Source: an uncultured Chloroflexia bacterium
GTDB taxonomy: Bacteria > Chloroflexota > Limnocylindria > QHBO01
Reading direction: 5' to 3'
NCBI GenBank assembly: GCA_963844415.1
Contig: CAWJOA010000006.1
Location: 354,855 to 418,854 of the forward strand
DNA length: 64,000 nt
A program made the translations under genes and the position numbers. Below are positions 1 through 8,573 of this stretch, piece by piece. Each line of letters opens with the position of its first letter. Position 1 is the first letter of the stretch. The notes beneath the pieces were generated by a model. It saw only the letters and a list, made by a program, of their open reading frames with translations. It ran no database searches and was not told the DNA's origin.

Positions 1-1292
1 CCGAGCACACGATGGCCCTCCTGCTCGCCATCGTGCGCCATCTCCCGGAGGCGGACGCATCGGTCAAGTCCGGCGAGTGGGAACGTTCGCGATTCACCGG
101 CACCGAGCTGCGGGGCAAGACCCTCGGGATCGTGGGGCTCGGGAAGATCGGAAAGGCGGTCGCGCGCCGCGCCGTCGGCTTCGAGATGCGGGTCCTTGCG
201 AGCGACCCATACCTGACCGAGGAGCAGGCCGCCGAAGCCGGCGCCCGCCTCGTCGGCCTTGCCGAGCTCCTGCATCGGTCGGACGTCATCAGTGTCCACA
301 CCCCGCTGACAGCACGGACCCGTGGACTGATCGGCGGGCCCCAACTCGAGGCCACAAAGGGAGGGGCGTTCGTCCTCAACGTGGCACGCGGCGGGATCGT
401 GGACGAGGCCGCGCTTGCGGCTGGGCTCCATTCCGGCCATCTCGCCGGTGCCGCGGTGGACGTCTACTCCGCCGAGCCGATCGGCGCGGACAACCCACTG
501 CGCGGTGCGCCGAACGTCCTGCTCACGCCACATCTCGGTGCATCGACGACGGAGGCGCAGGATCGGGTCGGCCTCGAGATGGCGGAGCAGGTGGTCATGG
601 CCCTCGCCGGAGTCACCCCCGCATACGCGGTGAATGCGCCAGCGGTATCACCGGAGACCGCGCCGCGCCTGCGCCCCTACGTGGAGCTCGGCCGCCGGCT
701 CGCGATCCTCGCGCGCCAGCTCGCCCCTGGCGGCTTCGATGCGCTGTCCCTGACCTATGCCGGCGAGATCGCGGGCGGCGAATGCGCTCCGATCCGCACT
801 GCTGCCCTCGCCGGCCTGCTCGAGGCCGTCACCGACCAGCGGGTGAACGCGGTGAATGCCGACCTGGTGGCCCGAGAACGCGGCCTCACGGTCCGCGAGG
901 AGCGAACCGCGTCATCGGATCCGTGGGCGTCGTTGGTCGAGCTCTCGATCGGCCCCGTGGGGGGAGACCCGGTGTTGACCCTGGCCGGATCGACCGCGCA
1001 TGGCCGCCCTCACCTGGCGGGGCTCGGCGGCTTCGCGATCGACGCGGAGCTCGTCGGCCTGATGCTCGTGACGCGCCACCACGATCGGCCGGGGATCGTC
1101 GGAGCGGTGGGCACCACCCTCGCGGAGGCCGGCATCAACATCAGCTCGCTGGAGCTTTCGCGCCTCTCCGAGCACGGCGAAGCGATGATGTTCGTCTCCG
1201 TCGACGACCCGATCGATGGAACGCTGCTCGAGCGAATCCGAGCCACCGACGGGATCATCGAGGCCACCGTCGTCGAGCTGCCGCTGCGCTAG
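1..1292 (+). CDS. serA: D-3-phosphoglycerate dehydrogenase, 5'-truncated by the window edge (NAD-binding, substrate-binding and C-terminal ACT regions present)
   Basis: ORF 12..1292 reads GKTLGIVGLGKIGKAVARRA ... LLTPHLGASTTEAQ ... ACT-like tail; typical SerA/2-hydroxyacid dehydrogenase NAD-binding fingerprint. Confidence 0.85.
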   Translation, partial: EHTMALLLAIVRHLPEADASVKSGEWERSRFTGTELRGKTLGIVGLGKIGKAVARRAVGFEMRVLASDPYLTEEQAAEAGARLVGLAELLHRSDVISVHTPLTARTRGLIGGPQLEATKGGAFVLNVARGGIVDEAALAAGLHSGHLAGAAVDVYSAEPIGADNPLRGAPNVLLTPHLGASTTEAQDRVGLEMAEQVVMALAGVTPAYAVNAPAVSPETAPRLRPYVELGRRLAILARQLAPGGFDALSLTYAGEIAGGECAPIRTAALAGLLEAVTDQRVNAVNADLVARERGLTVREERTASSDPWASLVELSIGPVGGDPVLTLAGSTAHGRPHLAGLGGFAIDAELVGLMLVTRHHDRPGIVGAVGTTLAEAGINISSLELSRLSEHGEAMMFVSVDDPIDGTLLERIRATDGIIEATVVELPLR

Positions 1293-1327
1293 CTCGACGA
1301 CCGGACACGCGGCCTATCATCGGTTGC

Positions 1328-2281
1328 ATGCCAAAGCCATTCGCCAGCTCGGCGGACCTGGCCGAGAAGGAGGCCACCCTCGAGCAGCTCGCCGACGGCG
1401 TCTTCGCCTACACCGCGCAGGGCGACCCGAACGTCGGATGCATCGTCGGGACCGATGCGATCCTCGCCATCGAGGCGCGCGCCACGCCGGTCATGGCCCG
1501 CCGCTGGATCGACGTCATCCGCGCCGAGGTCAGCTCGCTCCCGTTCGGCGACCTTGTCCTCACGCACTACCACGCGGTCCGCACGCTCGGCGCGAGCGCC
1601 TTTGACGCCCGCCGCATCGTGGCCCATGCCAGGACGAAGGCACTGATCGACGAGCGCGGAGAGCAGGACTGGGCCAGCGAGCAGGGTCGGATGCCGCGCC
1701 TCTTCCTCGGCGCCGAGTCGATCCCGGGGCTCACCGAACCGACGGTCACGTTCGACAATGCCCTTGTGCTCGACCTCGGCAACCGGACCGTCGAGCTGCG
1801 CCACCTCGGCCGCGGCCACACCTCGGGCGACCTTGTCGTGTGGCTCCCCGACGAGCGCATCTGCTTCGCCGGCGACCTCGTCGAGGCACAGGCCGCGCCG
1901 TACATGGGTGACGCGCACGTCGCCGACTGGTCGACGACCACGCTGGACGAGGTCGCGGCGCTGCGGCCCGCTCAGCTCGTCGGCGGGCGTGGCCCGGTCG
2001 TCCGCGACCAGGAGGTCGCCACCGCGATCGAGGACACCCGCGCCTTCCTGCGGACGACGCTCGATGGCACCCGCGCCGTCAAGGACGGCGGCGGCGGCCT
2101 CAGGGATGCCTTCGCGTCAGTGCACGCGAAGCTCGCGCCGCGCTACGCGGGCTTCCCGATCTTCGAGCACTGCATGCCGTTCAACGTCCAGCGCACGTGG
2201 GACGAGCTGGACGGCATCGACCACCCGCGCATCTGGACGGCGGAGCGCGACCGCGAGGTGTGGGCCGCGCTCCAGGACTAG
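1328..2281 (+). CDS. MBL-fold metallo-hydrolase
   Basis: In-frame part of ORF 77..2281 starting at ATG 1328 (MPKPFASS...). Motifs VLTHYHAVRT and LRHLGRGHTSGDLVVWLP...FAGDLV are typical of the metallo-beta-lactamase fold. Confidence 0.65.
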   Translation: MPKPFASSADLAEKEATLEQLADGVFAYTAQGDPNVGCIVGTDAILAIEARATPVMARRWIDVIRAEVSSLPFGDLVLTHYHAVRTLGASAFDARRIVAHARTKALIDERGEQDWASEQGRMPRLFLGAESIPGLTEPTVTFDNALVLDLGNRTVELRHLGRGHTSGDLVVWLPDERICFAGDLVEAQAAPYMGDAHVADWSTTTLDEVAALRPAQLVGGRGPVVRDQEVATAIEDTRAFLRTTLDGTRAVKDGGGGLRDAFASVHAKLAPRYAGFPIFEHCMPFNVQRTWDELDGIDHPRIWTAERDREVWAALQD

Positions 2282-2291
2282 CTCCGACCGA

Positions 2292-2855
2292 TCAGTAGCC
2301 GTAGTCCGGCGTCGGCTCCGCGTCGTCGCTCTCGTCCGCGTCGTCGGACTCCTCAGGGTCATCGGTCTCGTCCGCGTCATCGGTCGGCTCGGCGTCGCCC
2401 GACTGGCCGTCCGGGGACGCGATGAACCAGACGTCTCCCACGCCCTCGCCGGTCGCGTCGCCGGGCTCCGCATCGGACGCGTAGAAGTACAGCGGCATGC
2501 CGTCGTACGTCACCTGGGACGTGCCGTCGTCGCGCTCGATGATGCCGAGCTCGCCGGTCACGCCGTCGCCGCCTTCGATCTCGGCGCCGGCATCGACCGT
2601 CAACGGCGGCCACGCGGCTGCGCAGTCGTCGTTGCAGGTGCTCGTGCCGTCGGTGTCCTGCGTGAAGATGTAGAGCGTCATCCCGTCGGGGCCCACCAGC
2701 GAGGGACCGGCGTCGGTTTCGGCAACCACGATGCCGAGCGTCTGGAGGTCGTCGCCGGCGTCGGCGTCGGCGCTCGCGCCGCCGCCAGCGGGCGCGCAGG
2801 CCGCGAGCAGCACCACGGCCGCGGTGAGGGTCATGGTCCTGGTAGCGCGTCGCAT
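2292..2855 (-). CDS. secreted lipoprotein of the COG4315 family (Yx(FWY)xxD / CxxxC...WPP secreted-repeat), with an Asp/Glu-rich C-terminal tail
   Basis: C-terminal segment of the 2292..5123 frame: MRRATRTMTLTAAVVLLAAC (lipobox), then LVGPDGMTLYIFTQDTDGTSTCNDDCAAAWPPL and TYDGMPLYFYASD repeats, then a DAEPTDDADETDDPEESDD... tail. Confidence 0.6.
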   Translation of the reverse strand: MRRATRTMTLTAAVVLLAACAPAGGGASADADAGDDLQTLGIVVAETDAGPSLVGPDGMTLYIFTQDTDGTSTCNDDCAAAWPPLTVDAGAEIEGGDGVTGELGIIERDDGTSQVTYDGMPLYFYASDAEPGDATGEGVGDVWFIASPDGQSGDAEPTDDADETDDPEESDDADESDDAEPTPDYGY

Positions 2856-2924
2856 CTCTGGCTCATCCTCGTCATGCACGAAAGCAGATCGCCACTCTCT
2901 ACGTGGGCGGTTACCGCCGTGCCG

Positions 2925-4400
2925 ATGCCTATCATGCACGCCGTGTCGGACGTGGCGATCGTCGGAGCCGGCGCGGTCGGCCTGACCCTGGCCGGGCGCC
3001 TGGCCCAGCACGGCGTCGGCGTCGACCTCTTCGAGGCGGAGGCTGAGCGCGAGCGGATCGGCTCGAAGGCGATCTGCATGCAGCGCGAGACCCTCGAGAT
3101 CTGGGCTCGGCTCGGCGTTGGGCAGGCCGTCGCGGACGGCGGCATCCAGTGGCGCGTCGGGCGGACGTATTTCCGCGGCCGCCGGCTGTTCGAGACCCAC
3201 CTGCCCGGCGACGGCGAGCACTTCCCGCCGTTCGTCAACATCAGCCAGTCCGAGGTCGAGGAGCTGCTCGAGGCCCGCGCCCTTGAGCTCGGCGTGCGCA
3301 TCCACCGCGGGCACACGTTCGCCGGGCTGACCCAGGACCCCGACGGTGTGGTCGCCACCTTCGACACCGATGCCGGCGCCGTGACGCATCGGTCCAGCTT
3401 CCTCGTCGGCAGCGATGGCGCCCACTCGTCCGTGCGCCACGCGCTCGGCATCGGCTTCGACGGCTACAGCTTCGACGACCGCTTCCTCATCGCCGATGTC
3501 CGGGCCGAGCTGCCGTTCACGAACGAGCGCCACTTCCACTTCGACCCGCCCTGGAACCCCGGTCGCCAGGTCCTCATCCATCCCCAGCCCGACGGCGTGT
3601 GGCGGATCGACTGGCAGGTCCCGCCGGAGACCGATGCGGACCACGAGCGCACGACCGGTGGCCTCGAGCGGCGCATCCGCGCCGTCATCGGTCCCGACGC
3701 CGCCTACGAGCTCGTCTGGCTGACGGCCTATCGGTTCAGCCAGCGCCTGGCCGATGCGTTCCGTGCCGGCCGCTGCTTCCTCGCCGGCGACGCCGCCCAC
3801 GTGATGTCGCCGTTCGGCGCACGCGGCCTCAACTCCGGCGTCGCCGATGCCGAGAACCTCGCCTGGAAGCTCGCCTGGGTCCTGCGCGGCGAGGCCTCGC
3901 CGTCGCTGCTCGACTCGTACGGGGCCGAGCGCCGGCCGGTCGCGGAGGAGAACCTTCGCGTCACGAGCGAAACGATGCACTTCATGGCGCCGCATGGCCC
4001 GCTGCGCCGCGCCTGGAGGGATCTCGTGCTGCGCATGGCGCCACACAGCGACTGGTTCCGGCGCCGCGTCAACTCTGGCCGTTTGGCGGAGCCGGCGACG
4101 TATGCGGTCGCGGGTGCCCGGCCCTCCGACGCCGTGCGACTCGGATCGGTGGCGCCGGATGTGCCGCTGCCCGGGGGCGGGCGCCTGCGGGATCGACTGG
4201 GGCGCGGGTTCGTGGCGATCGTGCCGAGCGCGGTTGGGGCCCGCGAGCGCGTCGAGGTCGTGGAGGTCGGCTCGGCGACGATCTACGGGCCGGATCGAGC
4301 CTGGCTCGTGCGGCCCGATGGGCATCTGACGGCCAGCGCGTCGTTGGGCGAGGCGAAGACCGGGGCCCTCGAGGCGCTGGTCGCCTCGTCCGTCCGCTAG
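2925..4400 (+). CDS. FAD-dependent aromatic-ring hydroxylase (PheA/TfdB/MhpA-type flavoprotein monooxygenase)
   Basis: C-terminal 492 aa of ORF 1758..4400: MPIMHAVSDVAIVGAGAVGLTLAGRL (dinucleotide-binding fold), FLAGDAAHVMSPFGARGLNSGVADAENLAWKL (conserved GD/FAD-binding motif), C-terminal thioredoxin-like tail typical of the family. Confidence 0.75.
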   Translation: MPIMHAVSDVAIVGAGAVGLTLAGRLAQHGVGVDLFEAEAERERIGSKAICMQRETLEIWARLGVGQAVADGGIQWRVGRTYFRGRRLFETHLPGDGEHFPPFVNISQSEVEELLEARALELGVRIHRGHTFAGLTQDPDGVVATFDTDAGAVTHRSSFLVGSDGAHSSVRHALGIGFDGYSFDDRFLIADVRAELPFTNERHFHFDPPWNPGRQVLIHPQPDGVWRIDWQVPPETDADHERTTGGLERRIRAVIGPDAAYELVWLTAYRFSQRLADAFRAGRCFLAGDAAHVMSPFGARGLNSGVADAENLAWKLAWVLRGEASPSLLDSYGAERRPVAEENLRVTSETMHFMAPHGPLRRAWRDLVLRMAPHSDWFRRRVNSGRLAEPATYAVAGARPSDAVRLGSVAPDVPLPGGGRLRDRLGRGFVAIVPSAVGARERVEVVEVGSATIYGPDRAWLVRPDGHLTASASLGEAKTGALEALVASSVR

Positions 4401-5002
4401 CGGCGCCAGCCGGCGGTCGGCCGCTCCACGCGGGCGGGCTCCCGGGCGGGCGGCACAAGGCCGAACGCAAACGCCACCAGCCCCAGGCCGATGAGCAGCG
4501 GCGCGAGCCAGGCGAACGAGATCGGTGCCTCCAGCGCGGTGTTCGGCTGCCCGCTCTCGTGCGTGGACGGCGCATGGGTGGCGGCGGCCGTCGTGCGCTG
4601 CCGCCGCTCGATCGGTCTCGTTCGCGGTCGAGCCGCCCGCCGCGGGCGCTGCAGTGGACGCTGCTTCGACGACGATCGTGGCCTGCATGTCCGGGTGGTA
4701 CTCGCACAGGTAGGCGTACGTGCCCGGCTCGGTGAACGTGAACGAGAAGCCCACGCCCTCGTCGAGGTTGCCCGAGTCGAAGGCGCCATCGCTCGCGGTG
4801 ACCGTGTGCGGCCGGTCGTCGGCGTTCCTCCACGTCACGGTGTCGCCGACGGGATCGTCAGCGTGGCCGGCGAGAACGTCGAGTCGGTGATCTGAACCTC
4901 GTGCTCGGCACCCCGGACGGGGGCCGGTGCCTCGACGGCAAGGGTGGACGCGACGACGGCGGTGAAGGCGAGTGCCACGGTGATGCGACGAACGGCGGGC
5001 AT
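4397..5002 (-). pseudogene. membrane-anchored type-1 copper cupredoxin (amicyanin/plastocyanin-like), reading frame broken by two compensating frameshifts (about 4852 and about 4590)
   Basis: Signal peptide MPAVRRITVALAFTAVVASTLAVEAPAPVRGAEHEVQITDSTFSPATLTIP is in one frame (ATG at 5002) and stops at TGA 4837. The core PVGDTVTWRNADDRPHTVTASDGAFDSGNL...FTFTEPGTYAYLCEYHPDM is in the 2292..5123 frame. The C-terminal TM anchor ISFAWLAPLLIGLGLVAFAFGLV...WRR* is back in the first frame (ORF 4397..4789). It aligns residue-by-residue with the intact paralog at 5290..5796. Confidence 0.55.
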
Positions 5003-5125
5003 GGGAACTCCAAATGCGATGTGCTTGCTCCCGGTATCGAGCCGCGCGAACCTCGAAAGGTTTCATCCGCGCCATCGAGGCGCTGGTCGCAGCTTCGGTC
5101 AGTTGGCTAGCCGTGAGGCCCAACC

Positions 5126-5265
5126 GCTCAGCGACTGTTATCGCGAACGAGCGGCTTCAGCAGGCCCAAAACCGGCCCTCGGTTCGTGGTTTGAGCCGCC
5201 CAGCGGGTGGAACCGTGAGCGAACCAGGCGCCGGCGGGCCCCGTTCGCGTTAACAGTCGCTCAGC
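5126..5265. repeat. about 140-bp element bounded by 24-bp imperfect inverted repeats (22/24 match), lower GC than the surroundings, between the two cupredoxin paralogs
   Basis: IR-L gctcagcgactgttatcgcgaacg (5126-5149) and IR-R cgttcgcgttaacagtcgctcagc (5242-5265). IR-R also contains the 17-bp palindrome cagtcgctcagcgactg. Confidence 0.5.
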
Positions 5266-5289
5266 GACTGACGCCGGAAGCCGCGCCCG

Positions 5290-5796
5290 TTACTCCCGCG
5301 GACGTCTCGCGATCACCAGGAGCCCGGCGCCGCCCAGCAGCAGGAGCCCGGTCGCGACGAGGGCGCTGGTCTGCCACCCGGCCGGCATCGCGACGTTGGG
5401 GATCGGCCCGCCACCGCCCGCGGGAGTTGCCGCCGGCGCCGCCGCTACCACGACGATCTGCCCGGTCATGTCGGGGTGCGGCGTGCACAGGTACGTGTAC
5501 GTGCCCGGCGTCGTAAACGTGAAGCTGAACGACGCGCCCTGCGCCAGGTCGCCGGAGTCGAACGCGCCGGCCGTGCTCGTCGCGGTGTGCGCGACCGCGT
5601 CCTCATTCGTCCACGTCACGGTGTCGCCGGCGGTGATCGTGAGCATCGGCGGGGAGAAGGCGAAGTCGGCGATCGTCACCGCGTGCGTTGCCGCCCGCGC
5701 CATCTCGATCGACCCGAGCACGAACAGGATCAATGCCGCCAGCAACAGGGCCAGCGCGCCGCGCCGGGCAGTGGATGCGGCCATCGGTCGGGTCAC
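5290..5796 (-). CDS. membrane-anchored type-1 copper cupredoxin (amicyanin-like, ligands H...C-x2-H-x2-M) with signal peptide and C-terminal TM anchor
   Basis: ORF 5290..5796: signal peptide, TAGDTVTWTNEDAVAHTATS...GTYTYLCTPHPDMTGQIVV, Ala/Pro/Gly linker, then C-terminal helix LVATGLLLLGGAGLLVIARRPRE. Confidence 0.8.
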   Translation of the reverse strand: MTRPMAASTARRGALALLLAALILFVLGSIEMARAATHAVTIADFAFSPPMLTITAGDTVTWTNEDAVAHTATSTAGAFDSGDLAQGASFSFTFTTPGTYTYLCTPHPDMTGQIVVVAAAPAATPAGGGGPIPNVAMPAGWQTSALVATGLLLLGGAGLLVIARRPRE

Positions 5797-5972
5797 CTCG
5801 CTCGGGACGGGATGTGGATAACTCGGTCAGATGCTAGCCAACTCGTGGACAACGGGGGTTGTCTTCGCGCGCACCCATCGGCGATCCTCTTCACGTCCCG
5901 AAGGGGCAGCTGGCCGATCCGAGATCACCTCAACGATCGCCGCGGTTCCTTCGGGACACTTCGTTGCCCGGC

Positions 5973-7130
5973 TCAGAACGCCCACTGGCCGGCACCGAAC
6001 CGCCACGCGAAGTACGCCATCGCCATCGCCGATCCCGTCGCCAGCACCCAGCCGGCCACACGCCAGCGCTCGGCGATGATCGCTCCCCAGACCATGATCC
6101 CGAACAGCGCGAGGCTGTAGCGCGGCACGCTGAGCACGAACCCGGTGCTCACGCTGAGGAGCCAGTTCCCGGCCATCCACACCGCCCAGGTCGGTCGCAG
6201 CCAGATCGCGGTCGCCACCGTCGCCACCAGCCCGATCCCGATGAACAGCAGCTCCATCCCGCCGTACATGAAGGCGGAGTCCGGACTGGGGTCGCCGAAC
6301 CAGGCCAGCACGCCGCCAATTCCCTCCCACGGCCACGTCAGCTCCTTGTCCCAGTGGCCGCGCTGGATGTCGCTGAACGCCATCAGGTCGCCGTACACGA
6401 CCTGGTTGACCGCCAGGTAGATCCCGAAGCCGATGCCGACGCCGGCGATCGCCAGCCACTCGACCCGCAGCCGCCGGCCAGGGTCCACGCGCCACTGGAG
6501 CCATGCCTCCACCGCCAGGGCCGGGGCGAGGATCAGCCCGTTCACGCGCGTGAGGGCCGCCAGGAGGGCAAGGAGGCCGGCCAGCCACCATCGGTTCGTC
6601 CGAGCCAGCCACAGCGAGCCGAAGGCGAGCGCCAGGAAGAGGCTCTCGGTGTAGCCGATGTGCAGGAAGTACGCGGTCGGAAAGACGAGCAGCAGCCCGG
6701 CCGACCAGAGGCCGATGCGGTGCCCGAGGTCCACCTTCACGAGCCGATACAGGACGGGTGCCACGAACAGCGATGCGACCGTCGCGACGACGAAGGCGGA
6801 GACGACCGGGTCCCGGACCGCCGCATTGACCGCCGCCACCAGCCACGGGAACAGCGGGAAGAAGACGATGTACAGGTCGAGCTCGCCGGGGTAGACCTGC
6901 TGGTAGCCGGGCGCGCTCAGGTTGCCCGGGTCGTCGGCCATGTAGCCGAACACGGCGATGTCGGTGTAGTGCGGTGCGTCCCATCGGTCCCACGGTTCGA
7001 GCAGCCCGCCGGGCGCGCCACCGGTCGCCACCCACAGCGCCACGTAGCCGATCGCCAGGACGCCGACCTTCGTGAGGAGCGTCCAGGCCAGCAGCTGCGC
7101 ATCGGTCCGGTCGAGGAATCGCGACAACAT
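5973..7130 (-). CDS. polytopic membrane glycosyltransferase-like protein (PMT_2 / PIG-V-type mannosyltransferase family candidate)
   Basis: ORF 5973..7130, about 10 predicted TM helices; Trp/aromatic-rich loops such as DIQRGHWDKELTWPWEGIGG resemble lipid-linked mannosyltransferases. Family assignment is by general architecture only. Confidence 0.4.
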   Translation of the reverse strand: MLSRFLDRTDAQLLAWTLLTKVGVLAIGYVALWVATGGAPGGLLEPWDRWDAPHYTDIAVFGYMADDPGNLSAPGYQQVYPGELDLYIVFFPLFPWLVAAVNAAVRDPVVSAFVVATVASLFVAPVLYRLVKVDLGHRIGLWSAGLLLVFPTAYFLHIGYTESLFLALAFGSLWLARTNRWWLAGLLALLAALTRVNGLILAPALAVEAWLQWRVDPGRRLRVEWLAIAGVGIGFGIYLAVNQVVYGDLMAFSDIQRGHWDKELTWPWEGIGGVLAWFGDPSPDSAFMYGGMELLFIGIGLVATVATAIWLRPTWAVWMAGNWLLSVSTGFVLSVPRYSLALFGIMVWGAIIAERWRVAGWVLATGSAMAMAYFAWRFGAGQWAF

Positions 7131-7198
7131 CCGCGCGTACGATACGTGTCAGGCACGTTGGACCGGGCTGGGGTCGCCTGCTAGGATGGCCGCTCGGT

Positions 7199-7275
<77 letters not shown>

Positions 7276-7317
7276 TCCCCACCCTTCGGTCACACTGCGT
7301 GCGCGTAGACTCGCACG

Positions 7318-7536
7318 ATGGCCGAAGAGATGCGCCCCGAGGAACCGTTCGGTCTCCAGGGTGCCAACGAGAACATCTGGCACATCGCGCGGGCGGAGCG
7401 CTGGAGCGACGGCGGGCTGATCGGCCATCGAACGTACTGCGGACGCAACTACTCCGCGTCGGTCGAGCAGCGCGATCTCGACGGCCTCGACCAGGTCTGC
7501 TCGGACTGCAGCGCCCAGGTGACCGAGAGCCACTGA
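7318..7536 (+). CDS. small hypothetical protein (72 aa) with Cys residues (C41, C62, C65) immediately downstream of tRNA-Pro
   Basis: ORF 7318..7536 with codon usage like its neighbours (GC3-rich); no recognisable family. Confidence 0.35.
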   Translation: MAEEMRPEEPFGLQGANENIWHIARAERWSDGGLIGHRTYCGRNYSASVEQRDLDGLDQVCSDCSAQVTESH

Positions 7537-7555
7537 GCGCCCCGGACGCAACAAT

Positions 7556-7578
7556 CGCCCCGGCAGCGAGCCGGGGCG
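7556..7578. terminator. GC-rich hairpin (9-bp perfect stem CGCCCCGGC / GCCGGGGCG, 5-nt loop) between convergent genes; putative bidirectional terminator
   Basis: Sequence cgccccggcagcgagccggggcg, 20 nt after the stop of the 7318..7536 ORF and upstream of the 3' end of the minus-strand ABM gene; no U-tract (common in high-GC genomes). Confidence 0.4.
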
Positions 7579-7647
7579 ATCGATGTGGGCTGGTCCCGGG
7601 AGCCGGCGGGTAGGCCGACCGGCCGCGAGGACTGCCAGGAACGGGAT

Positions 7648-7953
7648 CTAGGCGGCGACCGGGGCGCCACGGAAGAGCGCCAGGCTGCCGACGGTGCTGG
7701 TCATCAGGCGAACGTGGTCGGAGAGATTCTCCTTGACCCAGCTCGCGGCGATGAGGGCCGACTTCTCGGCTGCCTCGCGGGTCTCCCAGATGCTGATCGA
7801 GACGACCTTGTGGTCACCGATGTCGACCAGTCCGTAGTTCACGAAGCCCTGCTCGCGCTCGAAGGTCGGCAGGATGCCCTTCTCGACGATGCCGGTCAGC
7901 TCGTCGAAGGTGCCCTTGGTCATTTCGTAGGTCGAGATTCGGGTGTAACGCAT
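7648..7953 (-). CDS. ABM (antibiotic biosynthesis monooxygenase / Dabb) fold protein
   Basis: 101-aa ORF; motif HKVVSISIWETREAAEKSA is typical of the ABM ferredoxin-like fold. Confidence 0.6.
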   Translation of the reverse strand: MRYTRISTYEMTKGTFDELTGIVEKGILPTFEREQGFVNYGLVDIGDHKVVSISIWETREAAEKSALIAASWVKENLSDHVRLMTSTVGSLALFRGAPVAA

Positions 7954-8135
7954 AGGTACTCCTCTGCCCCCATTGCGGCCAAGTCGATACGAAGCGGATA
8001 CGCGATGGCTCTCCGTCGATCGAGGGGCCAGAGGAATCTTTCGCAGCCTTGCAGCCGGTGGACGCAGTCTAGCACAGGTCGGCCTGTGATATATTCGCGC
8101 CGAATCTGTTACGTAGATGTACAGGACATTACATA

Positions 8136-8561
8136 GTGCCGAGAGTCGAGTTCGAGGCCGATACCGAGGACGAGCTCATCGCGTTGGCATGGCGCTGGGT
8201 CATGGGACCCCAGCGTCAGCCCGGTGCCGCCGCGAGCGGGCAGACGGCCGACCAGGAGGACCTCCGCCGGCGGCAGCTCGGCGAGGTGCTCAACGCCATC
8301 CGCGGGATCGACAGCCGTCGCCTGCTGCGCGAGGTGGCGGAGCTCTCAACGCGCAATGCCGCGCTGGTCCTCGACGCCGACCTGGCGCAGCGGTATGGCA
8401 AGCGCACCGGCACGGCCTTCGCGGGAATCGTGGCCGGCCCGAACAAGGTCATGCGACGGGTGGCGAGGCGAGACCTGATCAGCTGGGACGCCGACGCTCG
8501 CGGGTATCGCATGGACCCGTCGGATGCCGAGGTTGTCCTGGAGCGCTGGCCCGGATCCTGA
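8136..8561 (+). CDS. hypothetical protein (141 aa, GTG start)
   Basis: ORF 8136..8561, preceded by the only AT-rich stretch in the area (about 8080-8135: tgtgatatattcgcgccgaatctgttacgtagatgtacaggacattacat), divergent from the ABM gene. Confidence 0.4.
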   Translation: MPRVEFEADTEDELIALAWRWVMGPQRQPGAAASGQTADQEDLRRRQLGEVLNAIRGIDSRRLLREVAELSTRNAALVLDADLAQRYGKRTGTAFAGIVAGPNKVMRRVARRDLISWDADARGYRMDPSDAEVVLERWPGS

Positions 8562-8573
8562 CACCACCTGCCA

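Noticed and set aside
2292-5123. 943-aa minus-strand ORF spanning the lipoprotein, the monooxygenase antisense and the cupredoxin
   Set aside because: Only its two ends match real proteins (COG4315 lipoprotein; cupredoxin core); the middle is Arg/Ala/Pro-rich antisense of the well-supported monooxygenase gene. High-GC stop-codon scarcity artefact.
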